Of a DNA stretch of 64,000 nucleotides, positions 1 to 10,004 are shown in pieces (position 1 is the stretch's first letter; each line of letters begins with the position of its first letter). Under the pieces are notes generated by a model. That model worked only from the letters and a program-made list of their open reading frames with translations, did not search any database and was not told the DNA's origin. Source of the stretch: Deltaproteobacteria bacterium (GTDB taxonomy: Bacteria; Myxococcota; Kuafuiibacteriia; Kuafuiibacteriales; Kuafuiibacteriaceae); assembly GCA_040218735.1 (NCBI GenBank), contig JAVJQW010000017.1, forward strand, positions 160,001 through 224,000, read 5' to 3'. Position numbers and translations under genes: made by a program.

Positions 1-1
1 C

Positions 2-451
2 GAAGATCTCGAAGCATCCGCGAAGATCCTCGAGGACGTCCCCGACCTCATGTCCGAGGTCACGTGTTACGGCCTCCTCGCGAGCGCGCGGTGCCGCGTC
101 CGCGACCTCGACGGCGCGATGGCGGCGGCGGCGCGCGCCGAGCAGGCGATCGGGACACGCGCGCCGACGGTGTTCCTGATGCTCCACGGCTACGAAGGCA
201 TCGTGGAGGTCGCCATCACCCGCCTCGCGGCCGCTGATCGCAAGGACAGGGGCGCGCGCGAGGCGGAGGCACGCCGGGCGCTGCGACGTTTTGCTTCCGC
301 GGCCCGCACGTTCGTCGTCGGCGCACCACGTGTTGCACGTTGGCGCTCTCGTTATTTCGAAGTGGTCGGCGACGTTGCGCGCGCGAAACGGTGGGGCACC
401 CGCGAGTCCACGCTCGCACGCGAGCTCGGGCTCCCCGTCGCTTCGCGCTGA
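2..451 (+). CDS. C-terminal fragment of a helical TPR-like protein (possibly the tail of an AAA-ATPase/adenylate cyclase); truncated by window edge
   Basis: Frame is open from nt 2 (EDLEASAKILEDVPDLMSEV...) to TGA 449-451; Ala-rich helical repeats. Confidence 0.5.
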   Translation, partial: EDLEASAKILEDVPDLMSEVTCYGLLASARCRVRDLDGAMAAAARAEQAIGTRAPTVFLMLHGYEGIVEVAITRLAAADRKDRGAREAEARRALRRFASAARTFVVGAPRVARWRSRYFEVVGDVARAKRWGTRESTLARELGLPVASR

Positions 452-505
452 GCGGCGCTCGAGACCCTTGCGATCGCCGGCGCCTGCTCCCACGATCGAC
501 GCAGC

Positions 506-2839
506 GTGTTACCGGCGAACGAAGTCTACTACTACGAGGTCGGTGAGGGCCGCTGGAACGGCAAGTTCTCGTTTCGTGTCGATGAATGGCGCGGCTTCTT
601 CGCCGCCAACCTGGGGTTGCAGGACCGACTGCTCGGAGTCCTGCTGCACGTCGTCGGCCTCCTGCCGGGCGACGCGATCATGTACGGCGAGATCGCGTGT
701 GACCCGCACGAGGGAGATTCGGGCGTCGCGCGTGTCGATGTTTCGGTGGAGCGCTTCGGTCTGGAGATCTATCGCCTCCGTGGCCACTACGCGCTCGTCG
801 ACGACGGCGTGGGCGTCGGCATACGGATCTACCAACGCTTCGGTCCGTACGGCTCGCCGCTCGAGAACGAGAAGGACGCGACCGCCGAGATCCTCGAGGG
901 CGGTTACCTCGGCGTCTACTACATGAAGATCCTCGGCGAGGACTGGGTCGGGAAGTACCGCCTGAACCCGAACCATCGCCGCCTCGAAGCCGAGTACAAG
1001 TGCGAGTGGGGGACGACGATCGAGATCATGGATCGCCAGGTCGCGGTGAAGCCCGAAACGCGCCGCGAGCGACTCCGCTACGAGACCCTCCTCGACGTCG
1101 CGCGCGAGCTCGAAGCGCTCGACCGCATCTACGAGGACGATGACGACGGACGCGCCCTCTTCACGTACGCCTACGGCGTCGTCACCCGGACCATCGCGTT
1201 CGAGCTCACGCAGACGGCCTTCGACGATCCCGACTGGGTCGTCGCCGTCGCGCGTGCGTTTGCGTGGCGCTACATCGCAGCAACCGAAGCCTACGACCGC
1301 GGCGACGCGCCGCCCGGCTGGGCGCGGGTGTTCGACGTCCTGAGAGAGCGGCGCCTCAGCGGCGTCGCCGAGATCGTCCTCTGCATCCTCGCGCACATCC
1401 TCTACGACCTCCCGTTTGTGTTGATGGAGGTCGGCCTCGTCGATCACCGCGGCGTACCTCGCACCGCCGACTATCACCTGATGAACGACGTGCTCTGTAG
1501 TTCGATCGAACCGCTACAGCAGCGCCTCGCCGCGCGCTACAGCCCGGTGTTCCTCGTGCTGGACAAGATCGGCTCGGACTTCGACGAGCTGTTGTCCCGC
1601 GCCGGCGTGACGCACATCCGCGCGCTCGCGTGGTACTCCGCCCAGCGCCTCGCGGACGGCGCACGACGGGCGGAGGTCATGGCCGAGCTCGAGGGACAGA
1701 TCGACGATGTCATCGACACGATCCTCGGCCGTGACTTCCCCACGCGTTTGACGATGCGCGTCGTGCATCGCTCACTCCGCCTGCTTCGACGGCGCCCGAA
1801 GTACCCGAACATGAGGAACTTCGTTCACGCCGATCGGCCGCAACGAACGCAGCGCGCTCCCGACCGCGAGGAGGATCTCCTCTACGGCATTCACACCGCA
1901 GTGGGCCTGAAGCGCAAGGGCGTGGACGCGCCGACGCTGCGGCGGGAGGTCTTGGACGCCGCCGAGCACACACCGTTGTCGCGGGCGCTGAACGACGTCG
2001 CGCTACGCCTCGCGAGCGTCCGCGACTGGGAGCGCGCGAAGACGGTGGCCAAGAGCTCCCAAGACTTCGCGTGGCGCCTCGGTGCGCTGCTCCCCCAGCT
2101 CTCCAGCAACGACGGAGTCCCCTTCGACGTCGACGCGCTGGGCCTCGACGACGCGTGGTCCAACGCGGTGAAGCACCTTCAGGCGGCACTGCAAGACGGC
2201 TTGCGCGACGGCTTCGACTCCGTGTCGGACGCAATCGAATCGGCGGTAGGAGCGCTCGACGCGGTCGGCGTCCCCGCCTCGGCGACGCTCGGCGGCTTCG
2301 ACGATCTGCGCGCTTCCTACGACCCGCTCACCGACACCTTCGTCGCGGAGGTGCCAGCGCTGATCCGCGTGCCCTTCGACGACATCAAGTGGCTGATCGA
2401 ACCGCAGAACTGGGCGCGACTCATCCCGCACATGCTCCGATCGGATTGGGTCGAAGGACCCCACGCCGACCGAAGCGGCATCCTCTACGAAGTCGTGAAC
2501 GTCTACCACCCGTTCGTCGACCGACACCCGCTCGTGATGGTGAACGAGCTCGCGGTCGAACAACACGACACCCCCGACGAACGCGTCGTGAAGTATCGTC
2601 TGCACAAGGCCATCGAGGGGGCGCTCCTCGTCGACGAGGGCACCATCTCGCTGAAGCGCATGCCCGCGAACGCGTCGCTGCTGTTGACCAAGAAGACGCT
2701 GAAGGTCGACGGCGGCCGGAACCCAGTGCTCTACGCGCTCCTCCGCACCAACCCGGACGGGCTCGCCTACCTCTTCACGTACTGGGTCAACACTGTCGCC
2801 CGTCGATTTGGCGGGCCGAATGGGGCCCCATCGGCGTAG
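506..2839 (+). CDS. Multidomain hypothetical protein with central DUF5995-like domain and possible C-terminal START/SRPBCC-like domain
   Basis: 777 aa, GC3-biased; motifs RALFTYAYGVVT, FDDPDWV..V...FA.RY, W..VF, AHI.YDLP resemble DUF5995; IEPQNWARLIP in C-terminal region. Confidence 0.6.
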   Translation: MLPANEVYYYEVGEGRWNGKFSFRVDEWRGFFAANLGLQDRLLGVLLHVVGLLPGDAIMYGEIACDPHEGDSGVARVDVSVERFGLEIYRLRGHYALVDDGVGVGIRIYQRFGPYGSPLENEKDATAEILEGGYLGVYYMKILGEDWVGKYRLNPNHRRLEAEYKCEWGTTIEIMDRQVAVKPETRRERLRYETLLDVARELEALDRIYEDDDDGRALFTYAYGVVTRTIAFELTQTAFDDPDWVVAVARAFAWRYIAATEAYDRGDAPPGWARVFDVLRERRLSGVAEIVLCILAHILYDLPFVLMEVGLVDHRGVPRTADYHLMNDVLCSSIEPLQQRLAARYSPVFLVLDKIGSDFDELLSRAGVTHIRALAWYSAQRLADGARRAEVMAELEGQIDDVIDTILGRDFPTRLTMRVVHRSLRLLRRRPKYPNMRNFVHADRPQRTQRAPDREEDLLYGIHTAVGLKRKGVDAPTLRREVLDAAEHTPLSRALNDVALRLASVRDWERAKTVAKSSQDFAWRLGALLPQLSSNDGVPFDVDALGLDDAWSNAVKHLQAALQDGLRDGFDSVSDAIESAVGALDAVGVPASATLGGFDDLRASYDPLTDTFVAEVPALIRVPFDDIKWLIEPQNWARLIPHMLRSDWVEGPHADRSGILYEVVNVYHPFVDRHPLVMVNELAVEQHDTPDERVVKYRLHKAIEGALLVDEGTISLKRMPANASLLLTKKTLKVDGGRNPVLYALLRTNPDGLAYLFTYWVNTVARRFGGPNGAPSA

Positions 2840-2850
2840 AAAGGAGCGAC

Positions 2851-3375
2851 GTGGCCCGCGTCCTGCCCATCGCCCTGGTGGCGACCGTCGCCGTCGCGTG
2901 CGGCGACGACCCGACCGACGTCACCTCAGACGAGCTCCAAGCCCACTGCGAGCGACGCTGCGAGTTCCAGGCGACGTGTGTCCCGGAGCTTCGCGACATC
3001 ATCCAGCAGTGCATCACGCAGTGCCGCGCGAGCTTCGACGACACCGAGGCCTTCACGCAGACCTGCACCGAGGCCGACGTCCGCATCCCGAACGACCCGC
3101 CCGGCCCGTACCTGGTGCACTCGGTGGTGACCTACCAGTCCTGCCTGATCGACCGCGGCTGCGACACGATGGCCGAGCCCTGTCCGGAGTCGCGCGAGCT
3201 CTGCCTCGACGACCTCGACCCCGCGATCCGCTGCCGACGCGATCGCTCGAAGGCGTACACGGCGTGCAGCGAGGATCACACCGCGTGCATCGTCGCGATG
3301 ATGGGCGACGTCTGCGCTCCGCGACTGCGCCGCTGTTACGATGAGGCGGCGCAACGCTTCATGGACTGCGGTTAG
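2851..3375 (+). CDS. Cys-rich lipoprotein
   Basis: AAGGAG RBS at 2841, GTG 2851; signal peptide ending VAVA-C; many Cys (CERRCEFQATC, CITQC). Confidence 0.75.
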   Translation: MARVLPIALVATVAVACGDDPTDVTSDELQAHCERRCEFQATCVPELRDIIQQCITQCRASFDDTEAFTQTCTEADVRIPNDPPGPYLVHSVVTYQSCLIDRGCDTMAEPCPESRELCLDDLDPAIRCRRDRSKAYTACSEDHTACIVAMMGDVCAPRLRRCYDEAAQRFMDCG

Positions 3376-5330
3376 TCGAAGTCGCCGACGATCAGCACGT
3401 CACCGCCGAGGATCCCGCGCGCCGCGCGCAAGCCCGACATCACCGCCGCCTCGACGCTCCCGACGTTCATGCCGGTGCGGGTCCAGTCGCCCGCGAGGTA
3501 GAGGTGACCGAAGCCCGACCGGTCGGAGGGGCGCCGGTGGCGGCCCGTACCGGGGAGCGACAAGACGTAGCGGTCCGAGGGGCGGACGTTCACGCGGTCG
3601 TAGCGGTCCACGATCTTCTCCGTCGCGAGCGCGCCGCGATCCATCGCTCCGGGGAGGAGGTGCGCGAGGTGATCGTGGAACCAGCGATCGGCGTCGCGCC
3701 GTTGACGCGCGGGCATGAGCGCCGGCTCTTCGTGGTCTTCGATCGATCCGACGAAGTAGGAACACGCGCGTGCGTCGGGGAACGACTCCACCTCCAGTAA
3801 ATGGGACATGTCGGCGAAGGTGTCGAGCGACTCCTCGTAGGCGGTCGCCACGGCGGGCCCCTGATCCCAGCCCATGTGCGCGTGCGGTGAGGACCACCAA
3901 ACTTGGACCGACTGCGTGGCCGTCGTCCCGATCTTCGCGAGCATCTCGCGCCAGCCCGGATCCACGCGTGACAGGGACTCGGTGATGGGTCCGAGCCCCC
4001 CGATCGAGATCGCGAGCACGACCTCGTCGAAGTCTTCACCGGCGCGCAACGTTCGACGTCGCTCGGATGGCACCGACGCGGGCGCCTCGAGGTCGAGCGC
4101 GGTCGGCTCGTCGGAGGCGATCTGCGACCACAGCGGTTCGTGCGGCCAACAGTCGAGCTCGCCGACGCGCACCAGCGGTTCGTAGTCCGCGCCGGAGGAC
4201 AGCTGGACCTGCTCGGTGACATCGACGTGTGTGACGACGCGTTGGGCATCGACGTGCACCGCGTCGACGCGGTGGAAGAACCTGAACTTCACGCCGCGGT
4301 CGCGCAACACCTTGTACATCGGCGTGAACACCGTCTCACCCATGCCTGCCGTCATCTTGAAGAACACCGAGCCGCGGAACGTGAGGTTGAGCCGGACCAG
4401 GCCGTTGAGCGCCGCGGCGGCGGAGCCTTCGTGTCCACTGTTGAACACTGCATCGCCGAGCCCCCGAGTGATGCAGGACTGCGCGGTCATCGGGCGCGCG
4501 CCGTGTTTTTGGAGCCAGTCCGGGTAGTGGTGGTGGTCGATGCGTTGGAGGTTCTCGAGCCAGTCCGCGTACGTGAGGTCTCGCGGGCGCCCGGCGGGCG
4601 GGACGAGGAGCCCCTCGCGGAGGATGCCAACGAGGTTCGAGACCATGAAGTCGAGCGTGAGGAGGAAGTGCCGCGTCGCGGCGTCGTCGAGTTTGTGACC
4701 GCGCGTGAGCCACGCGACGCGACGGATCCCATCGAGCGCGCTCGCTGCCACGCGATGTAACACCGGCGAACCGAACATCGCGGACCACGCGAGCTCGAAC
4801 GGTCTTCGAAAGATCGAATCGATCTGGGGCGGCCGAGCGACGGACGAAGGGCCCCACGGGACGTCGTCGTCCGCGGGCGTGAGGATGCGTCCGAGCCACC
4901 GCATCATCGCGCGCATGAGCTCGTCGGGTGACGCGACGTCGTCGTGCTCGCCCGGGCGAGTATCGAGCACCGGAAACGTCGTGGCCCAGTGGTGCCACTT
5001 CCCCGCGTAGCGTTCCTCGAGCACGGTGGTGTCGTGCGGCGCGAACGCGTCGTGCCAGTCGAGATCGAGCGCGCCGTAGCAGTCACGAATCACCCGGAAC
5101 GCGTTTTCGTAGCACCCCATCCACAGGTGCAGGCCGTGCTCCTCGATACGTTGGTGCTGCTCCGGGTTGCGGCTGCTCGCGCCCTTGCCACCGAGACGCC
5201 ACCCAATCTGGTACACCGTCACTTCATAGGCGTCGCGCCGCTCGGGGCGTGTGAGCTCGTAGGCGGCCGTCAGGCCGGCCATCCCGCCGCCGAGGATCAC
5301 AACCTTCTTCTTCGCCACGGTGGGCTGCAT
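3372..5330 (-). CDS. FAD/NAD(P)-dependent oxidoreductase (flavin amine oxidase/desaturase superfamily)
   Basis: N-terminal VVILGGGMAGLTAAYEL dinucleotide fold, RLGGKGAS, EEHGLH, C-terminal LYLAGDWT..G.N.G.VEAAVMSG; start placed at ATG 5330. Confidence 0.85.
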   Translation of the reverse strand: MQPTVAKKKVVILGGGMAGLTAAYELTRPERRDAYEVTVYQIGWRLGGKGASSRNPEQHQRIEEHGLHLWMGCYENAFRVIRDCYGALDLDWHDAFAPHDTTVLEERYAGKWHHWATTFPVLDTRPGEHDDVASPDELMRAMMRWLGRILTPADDDVPWGPSSVARPPQIDSIFRRPFELAWSAMFGSPVLHRVAASALDGIRRVAWLTRGHKLDDAATRHFLLTLDFMVSNLVGILREGLLVPPAGRPRDLTYADWLENLQRIDHHHYPDWLQKHGARPMTAQSCITRGLGDAVFNSGHEGSAAAALNGLVRLNLTFRGSVFFKMTAGMGETVFTPMYKVLRDRGVKFRFFHRVDAVHVDAQRVVTHVDVTEQVQLSSGADYEPLVRVGELDCWPHEPLWSQIASDEPTALDLEAPASVPSERRRTLRAGEDFDEVVLAISIGGLGPITESLSRVDPGWREMLAKIGTTATQSVQVWWSSPHAHMGWDQGPAVATAYEESLDTFADMSHLLEVESFPDARACSYFVGSIEDHEEPALMPARQRRDADRWFHDHLAHLLPGAMDRGALATEKIVDRYDRVNVRPSDRYVLSLPGTGRHRRPSDRSGFGHLYLAGDWTRTGMNVGSVEAAVMSGLRAARGILGGDVLIVGDFD

Positions 5331-5350
5331 ACCGACATCGGCCAGCGCGC

Positions 5351-5377
5351 TCAAGCCGCGCGCGGACACGCCGATCT
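5351..5377 (+). promoter_or_regulatory. Putative sigma28 (FliA)-type promoter of the PilZ gene
   Basis: TCAA-N15-GCCGATCT vs consensus TAAA-N15-GCCGATAA. Confidence 0.65.
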
Positions 5378-5391
5378 TCGATGGAGAGACC

Positions 5392-6276
5392 ATGCGCCAT
5401 CACCCACGATTCGAGCGTTCGTGCGATGTCTTCCTCCGCATCTCCGGACGCGCCGACCTCCAGAAAGCCCTCCTCAAGGACATCTCCAACGGAGGTTTGT
5501 TCGTCGAGGTCGCAGCTCCGCCCGCGTACGGCCTCGTCGTCCACGTGACGGTCGAGACCCAGACGGGCCCGCTCGAGCTGCCCGCCAAGGTTGTTCACGT
5601 GCTCGACCCGTCGACGGCGGAGGCGTACGGCCGCACGGCGGGGATCGGGCTGGAATTCGAGGGGCTGTCGGCGGCGCAGCGCGCCCAGCTCGAGACCTTC
5701 GTCGATGCGCTCGCCGTCGGCTTCGACGGCGAGGCGCCGGCGCGGCTCGTCCCGGACCCCAACGCGCCGATCGCGATTCGAGTGGCGACGCGCGTGCTGG
5801 ATCATTGTGAGCAGGACGACTTGTACGGCGCGCTCGGCGTCGAACCGACCGTCGCGCTCCACGCGCTGCATGATGCGATCGATGAGACCCTCGCGGTGCT
5901 CGCGCCCGACAACGACGTGTCTCCGGCGCTCGTCGCCCGCATCGGTCACGCGCGTTCGCTCGCGAAGCGCATCGCCGTCCTCATGCGTGACGACGACCGC
6001 CGCCTGCACTACGACTTCCGGCACGGCTACCTGCAGCCGGCGACGCGGCTCGCACACGCCTCAGCGCAGGAGGCCGAGCGCCTACGAAACGTTTGGCACC
6101 GTGTCTTTCACGGCGCGCTGAACGTGGCGGTCGGTCATGCGAAGGACGCGCTGCGCGCGGAGGCTCGCGCCGACTTCACGTCGGCGCTGGAGCTCGGGCA
6201 GGTGGCGCTGGAGTCGGACCCCTTCAACCTCGCGCTGAGGGCCGCGGTGGAGCGGTGGTCACAGCGCGCCGCTTGA
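5392..6276 (+). CDS. PilZ-domain protein with degenerate J-domain-like and TPR-like C-terminus
   Basis: RHHPR (RxxxR) and DISNGG (D/NxSxxG) c-di-GMP motifs; DDLYGALGV...LAPD...RRLHYD; GGAGA RBS before ATG 5392. Confidence 0.8.
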   Translation: MRHHPRFERSCDVFLRISGRADLQKALLKDISNGGLFVEVAAPPAYGLVVHVTVETQTGPLELPAKVVHVLDPSTAEAYGRTAGIGLEFEGLSAAQRAQLETFVDALAVGFDGEAPARLVPDPNAPIAIRVATRVLDHCEQDDLYGALGVEPTVALHALHDAIDETLAVLAPDNDVSPALVARIGHARSLAKRIAVLMRDDDRRLHYDFRHGYLQPATRLAHASAQEAERLRNVWHRVFHGALNVAVGHAKDALRAEARADFTSALELGQVALESDPFNLALRAAVERWSQRAA

Positions 6277-6288
6277 GGCGGCGCGGAT

Positions 6289-7293
6289 TCAGAAGAGCTC
6301 GATGGCGCCGGCGTCCATGTCGATCTGTTCGACGGGGGCCGACGTGGCGTTTTCGTCGGTGAGGAGCGAACGCAGGTGCGCGACATAGGAGGCATCGTCC
6401 GTCGCGACGGCCGCGTCGATCTTCGCGCGCGGCAGGACGCCGTCCATCTTGTCGAGGCGTTGCTCCACGTGGGCGAGGAGCTGCGTGACCATGTCTTCGA
6501 ACTGCAAGGAGCGAATGGCGGCGGCCGTGTCGTCGTCGACCTGGTGCGTGAGCTCCGAGACGCGGGAGAGGACGCCGGCGATCTCGTCATCCGTGTCCCT
6601 CAGCGCGTCGAGCATGTCGTTGACGCTGGTCTTGGCGTCGAGCGCGACGTTCATGTCCTGCGAGGCCATCTCGCCGATCGCGGTGCGGACCTCCGAGACG
6701 TGCTGGCGGGCGAACTCGATGCGCCCAGCGATCGCCTCGTTGAGGACCTTGGCGTCCTTCGCGAGGCTGCGCACTTCGCTCGCAACGACCGCGAAGCCCT
6801 TGCCCGCGTCCCCGGCGCGCGCCGCTTCCAGCGAAGCGTTGATCGCGAGGATGTTCGTGTCCTCCGCGATCGCGTCGACCTTGGAGATCAGGTCGAAGAT
6901 GTGATCCATCTGCCCGACCATCTCGTCGATCTTGAAGGCGATCGTGACGCTCTGCTTGGAGAAGTGGGCGACGACGTCGGCGAAGGTCTGCAGCACGACG
7001 GACGTCTGGTTGACGAAGTCGCGCATGTTGAGCGCAGGCGACCCCTCGGAGTCACCGTCACCGTCGGCGCTCAACTTGATGCCCTCCAGGAGGACGCTGA
7101 CTTCCGTGCGCTGCGCCCGCGTGCTGTCCGAGACGGACTGAAAGCTCGCGTAGAGCTGCCCGACCGCTTCGTTGAGGAGCTTGTTGGCGCGCTGAAGATG
7201 TCCGCGCAGGTCGGCGACCTCCCCCGTCTGCTTTTCGACGATGGCATCGAGGAGGTCTTCGACATGCGAGCGGTCGATTGCGGGTTCGCTCAT
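6289..7293 (-). CDS. Soluble methyl-accepting chemotaxis protein (no TM, no obvious sensor domain)
   Basis: [37 protein letters not shown] hairpin tip; LQFEDMVTQ; C-terminal IELF pentapeptide-like tail. Confidence 0.92.
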   Translation of the reverse strand: MSEPAIDRSHVEDLLDAIVEKQTGEVADLRGHLQRANKLLNEAVGQLYASFQSVSDSTRAQRTEVSVLLEGIKLSADGDGDSEGSPALNMRDFVNQTSVVLQTFADVVAHFSKQSVTIAFKIDEMVGQMDHIFDLISKVDAIAEDTNILAINASLEAARAGDAGKGFAVVASEVRSLAKDAKVLNEAIAGRIEFARQHVSEVRTAIGEMASQDMNVALDAKTSVNDMLDALRDTDDEIAGVLSRVSELTHQVDDDTAAAIRSLQFEDMVTQLLAHVEQRLDKMDGVLPRAKIDAAVATDDASYVAHLRSLLTDENATSAPVEQIDMDAGAIELF

Positions 7294-7306
7294 GGTCCAC
7301 CGTGCT

Positions 7307-7333
7307 CAATCGGACAGGCCCCCCGCGAGTTGA
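7307..7333 (-). promoter_or_regulatory. Putative sigma28-type promoter of the MCP gene
   Basis: Minus strand reads TCAA-N15-TCCGATTG. Confidence 0.55.
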
Positions 7334-7369
7334 GCCGAGGCGCCCGAGGATCTGAATTCTGTCCCCGAC

Positions 7370-7396
7370 TCATACCCGCCCTTCCCGCGCCGATAT
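7370..7396 (+). promoter_or_regulatory. Putative sigma28-type promoter of the cheA operon
   Basis: TCAT-N15-GCCGATAT, 13 nt before ATG 7410. Confidence 0.6.
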
Positions 7397-7409
7397 CAGG
7401 GCAGAAGAC

Positions 7410-9476
7410 ATGTCCGATTCACGCATCGAACAGCTCAAGGGCATCTTCTTCGAAGAAGCCGAAGAGGGCCTCGAGACCATGGAGCAGGGGCTCCTAGAGC
7501 TCGACGAAGGCTCGAAGGACCCGGAGCTCATCAACACGATCTTCCGCGCCGCGCACTCCATCAAAGGGGGGAGCGGCACGTTCGGCTTCAGCGAGCTGAT
7601 CGAGTTCACCCACAGCATGGAGAGTCTCCTGGACGCGATGCGCTCGGGCGACAAGGCGATCACCACCGAAGCGACCAGCGCGTTGCTCGAGTCGGTCGAT
7701 CACCTCCGCGCGCTCCTGACGGACGCCCGTAACAACGACCCGATCGACTCGGAGTCCAGCCGCCCCTACATCGACCGGCTCAACGCGATCCTCGGAGCGG
7801 ACGACGCGGCCCCGTCCAACGCCGCGGCCCCGGCTCAGGATGCCAGCGCCCGCGCGGCGGGCTGGAACATCGACTTCAAACCCCACCCCGACCTGATGCA
7901 GTCGGGCAACGATCCCTATCTGATCGTGCGCGAGATCACGGGCCTCGGCCCGGCCAAGACCACCGTCGATGTCTCCAACGTTCCGTCGTGGGACGTCCTC
8001 GACCCGGAGAACCTCTACCTCGGCTGGACGATCCGTTTGGAAGCGGCCGCTGAGGAACAACAGATTCACGACGCGTTTGCGTGGGTCGACGACCAGGCCG
8101 ACATCCGCGTCGAGCCGATCGAAGCGAAGCCCGTCGCCGCGCCCGAGGCCGCTCCGGCCCCGGAGGCGGCGCCCGAGCCGTCGCCGAAGAAGGCGGAGGC
8201 CGCCGCTCCCGCGAAGCCCCCCGCCGCCCCGAAGCCGCGCTCGGCTAAGGCCGGGAGTAGCTCGATCCGCGTGAGCATCGACAAGGTCGATGCCCTCATC
8301 AACATCGTCGGCGAGCTCGTCATCACCCAGTCGATGCTCGGTCAGATCGAAAAAGACTTCGACATGAGCAAGCTCGAAAAGCTGCGCGACGGTCTGTCGC
8401 AGCTCGAGCGCAACACCCGGGAGCTCCAGGAGAGCGTGATGCGCATCCGCATGCTCCCGATCAGCTCCGTGTTCAGCCGCTTCCCGCGCATGGTGCGCGA
8501 CCTCTCTCGCCAGCTCGAGAAGAAGGTGCACCTGGAGCTGTCCGGTGAGAGCACCGAGCTCGACAAGACGGTGATGGAGAAGATCGGCGACCCGCTGGTC
8601 CACCTCGTTCGCAACTCACTCGACCACGGCCTCGAGGCTCCGGCGGATCGACTCGAAGCAGGGAAGCCGGAGACCGGCCGCATCGAGCTGAACGCGTTCC
8701 ACCAGGGCGGGAACATCGTCATCGAGATCTGCGACGACGGACGTGGACTCCCCACCGACCGCATCCGCGAGAAGGCGATCTCGAAGGGGCTCATGTCGGC
8801 GGACGACACCTCCAGCTCGACCGAGAAGATTCACGACTTCATCTTCCACCCGGGCTTCTCGACCGCGAAGGAGGTCAGCGACCTCTCGGGGCGCGGGGTC
8901 GGCCTGGACGTGGTTCGCAAGAACATCCGCGCGCTCGGCGGCAGCGTCGAGGTGCAGTCGTCGCCGGGCGAGGGTACCAAGTTCACGATTCGACTCCCGC
9001 TGACGCTGGCCATCCTCGACGGCCAACTCATCAACGTCGGCGACGAGACGTACATCGTTCCGCTCGTCTCGATCATCGAGTCGCTCCAGATCGACGGCAA
9101 GCAGGTCAACGCGATCGCCGGCAAGGCCGAGGTCTATCGGCTCCGCGAGCAGTACATCCCGATCGTCCGCCTCTACGACCTCTTCGGAATCGAGGGCGGC
9201 GAGCGGAAGCTCGACGGGGGGCTCCTCGTCGTCGTGGAAGGCGACGGCCAACACGCCGGCCTGCTCGTGGATGACCTGCAGAACCAACAGCAGGTGGTCA
9301 TCAAGAGCCTCGACACCAACTACCGGAGGGTCGACGGCGTGTCCGGCGCGACGATCCTCGGCGACGGCACCGTCGCGCTCATCCTCGACATCCCGGGCCT
9401 GATCAAGTTCGCCAACGACCGCTCGCGACGGGCCGAAACGCCGCGCCTGCCTCAGGACAAGTTCGCCCTGAACTGA
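7410..9476 (+). CDS. cheA: Chemotaxis histidine kinase CheA
   Basis: Hpt IFRAAHSIKGGS, dimerisation LINIVGELVITQ, HATPase HLVRNSLDHG/DDGRG/GRGVGLDVV, C-terminal CheW domain. Confidence 0.98.
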   Translation: MSDSRIEQLKGIFFEEAEEGLETMEQGLLELDEGSKDPELINTIFRAAHSIKGGSGTFGFSELIEFTHSMESLLDAMRSGDKAITTEATSALLESVDHLRALLTDARNNDPIDSESSRPYIDRLNAILGADDAAPSNAAAPAQDASARAAGWNIDFKPHPDLMQSGNDPYLIVREITGLGPAKTTVDVSNVPSWDVLDPENLYLGWTIRLEAAAEEQQIHDAFAWVDDQADIRVEPIEAKPVAAPEAAPAPEAAPEPSPKKAEAAAPAKPPAAPKPRSAKAGSSSIRVSIDKVDALINIVGELVITQSMLGQIEKDFDMSKLEKLRDGLSQLERNTRELQESVMRIRMLPISSVFSRFPRMVRDLSRQLEKKVHLELSGESTELDKTVMEKIGDPLVHLVRNSLDHGLEAPADRLEAGKPETGRIELNAFHQGGNIVIEICDDGRGLPTDRIREKAISKGLMSADDTSSSTEKIHDFIFHPGFSTAKEVSDLSGRGVGLDVVRKNIRALGGSVEVQSSPGEGTKFTIRLPLTLAILDGQLINVGDETYIVPLVSIIESLQIDGKQVNAIAGKAEVYRLREQYIPIVRLYDLFGIEGGERKLDGGLLVVVEGDGQHAGLLVDDLQNQQQVVIKSLDTNYRRVDGVSGATILGDGTVALILDIPGLIKFANDRSRRAETPRLPQDKFALN

Positions 9477-9487
9477 AAGGACCGACC

Positions 9488-9994
9488 GTGGAAACTCAAC
9501 AAACGACTCAGATGGACGGGCTGGACGTCAACGCCGCGGAGGGTCAGCTCCTCACGTTCCTGCTCGCAGGCGAAGAGTACGGCGTCGACATCTTGAGGGT
9601 GCAGGAGATCCGCGGCTGGGACTCCGCGACGCGCGTCCCCAACACGCCGCGGTACATCAAGGGGATCATCAACCTCCGCGGGACGATCGTGCCGATCGTC
9701 GATCTGCGGGAGCGCTTCAACCTCGACCGCGTCGACTATGGTCCGACGACCGTCGTCATCGTGCTGAAGGTCGTCTCGGGCGAAACATCGCGAATCATGG
9801 GGATCGTCGTCGACGCGGTCTCCGACGTCTACAACCTGTCGTCGGAACAGCTGCGCCCGGCGCCGGACTTCGGCGGGAGCATCGACACGGAGTTCATCGA
9901 GGGTCTCATGACCGTCGAGGAGCAGATGATCATCGTGCTCGACATCGACCACCTCCTCAACTCAGGAGATCTCGCGGTGGCCGCTGCGGCGTGA
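9488..9994 (+). CDS. cheW: Chemotaxis adaptor CheW
   Basis: LTFLLAGEEYGVDILRVQEI, GIINLRGTIVPIVDLR. Confidence 0.97.
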   Translation: METQQTTQMDGLDVNAAEGQLLTFLLAGEEYGVDILRVQEIRGWDSATRVPNTPRYIKGIINLRGTIVPIVDLRERFNLDRVDYGPTTVVIVLKVVSGETSRIMGIVVDAVSDVYNLSSEQLRPAPDFGGSIDTEFIEGLMTVEEQMIIVLDIDHLLNSGDLAVAAAA

Positions 9995-10004
9995 GTGGAC
10001 GGCG

